Shown: one piece after another, positions 33,390 through 33,695 of the stretch
Position numbering within the stretch: position 1 is the stretch's first letter
Layout of the letters: the number at the start of each line of letters is the position of its first letter
NCBI RefSeq assembly: GCF_001194135.2
Contig: NC_068999.1
Location: 31,905,035 to 31,938,729, forward strand
Length of the DNA stretch: 33,695 bases
Source: Octopus bimaculoides
Taxonomy: Eukaryota
Reading direction: 5' to 3'
Notes under the pieces: generated by a model
The model's input: only the letters and a program-made list of their open reading frames with translations
Database searches by the model: none
Told to the model about the DNA's origin: nothing
Position numbers and translations under genes: made by a program

Positions 33390-33695
33390 NNNNNNNNNNA
33401 GTGGACATTTCCGCTGAGTCAGTTGCTTGAGCTTTCATTTCTAATTGGATTACTCGCTTTGGTGTCCCAGCTAAGATAACCACTAATTGTGGATGCCAGT
33501 TCGAGGCTTCTCTATTTCGTGAATTGTCATGAATCCTAGGCGTTCATCACATTCGTACGACCAGCTACCACCCAGCCTCCAATGCACCTTTGACCACACC
33601 ATCACCTACACCAGGACAGGCCGCACTGTGCATTGGCCCAAAAAACTCACTAAAACTATTTATATCTGACAATCTCTTTTGTGTTTCCTGTGACA

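Noticed and set aside
33131-33658. Apparent 259 bp tandem duplication (33131-33389 and 33400-33658)
   Set aside because: The copies look identical and are separated by exactly 10 N, typical of unmerged overlapping contig ends.
1-33695. CRISPR arrays, operons or other prokaryotic systems
   Set aside because: There is no repeat-spacer array or dense coding; the sequence is eukaryotic repeat-rich DNA.

Overview
AT-rich, microsatellite-dense eukaryotic DNA from a gapped draft assembly (N gaps at 6646-7240, 10688-11434, 15960-16251, 33390-33399). The SINE and MITE families resemble those I recall from Octopus genomes; this is recall, not a database result. No complete host gene can be supported; the only candidate is a terminal coding exon at 1-207. 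The window is mostly decayed mobile DNA: two Penelope-like element (PLE) relics, a Tc1/mariner transposase fragment, an R4/Dong-clade non-LTR relic, two oppositely oriented Ty3/gypsy relics, about 12 tRNA-derived SINEs and TTAA-type MITEs. The most interesting signal is not in the ORF track. Between 1.6 and 10.7 kb there are up to eight minimal type I hammerhead ribozyme motifs (CUGANGA...GAAA...NUH) of about six different sequences, several with palindromic stem III. Several sit inside nested inverted/direct repeat blocks resembling PLE pseudo-LTRs. All folds and alignments were done by eye and need computational and experimental confirmation.
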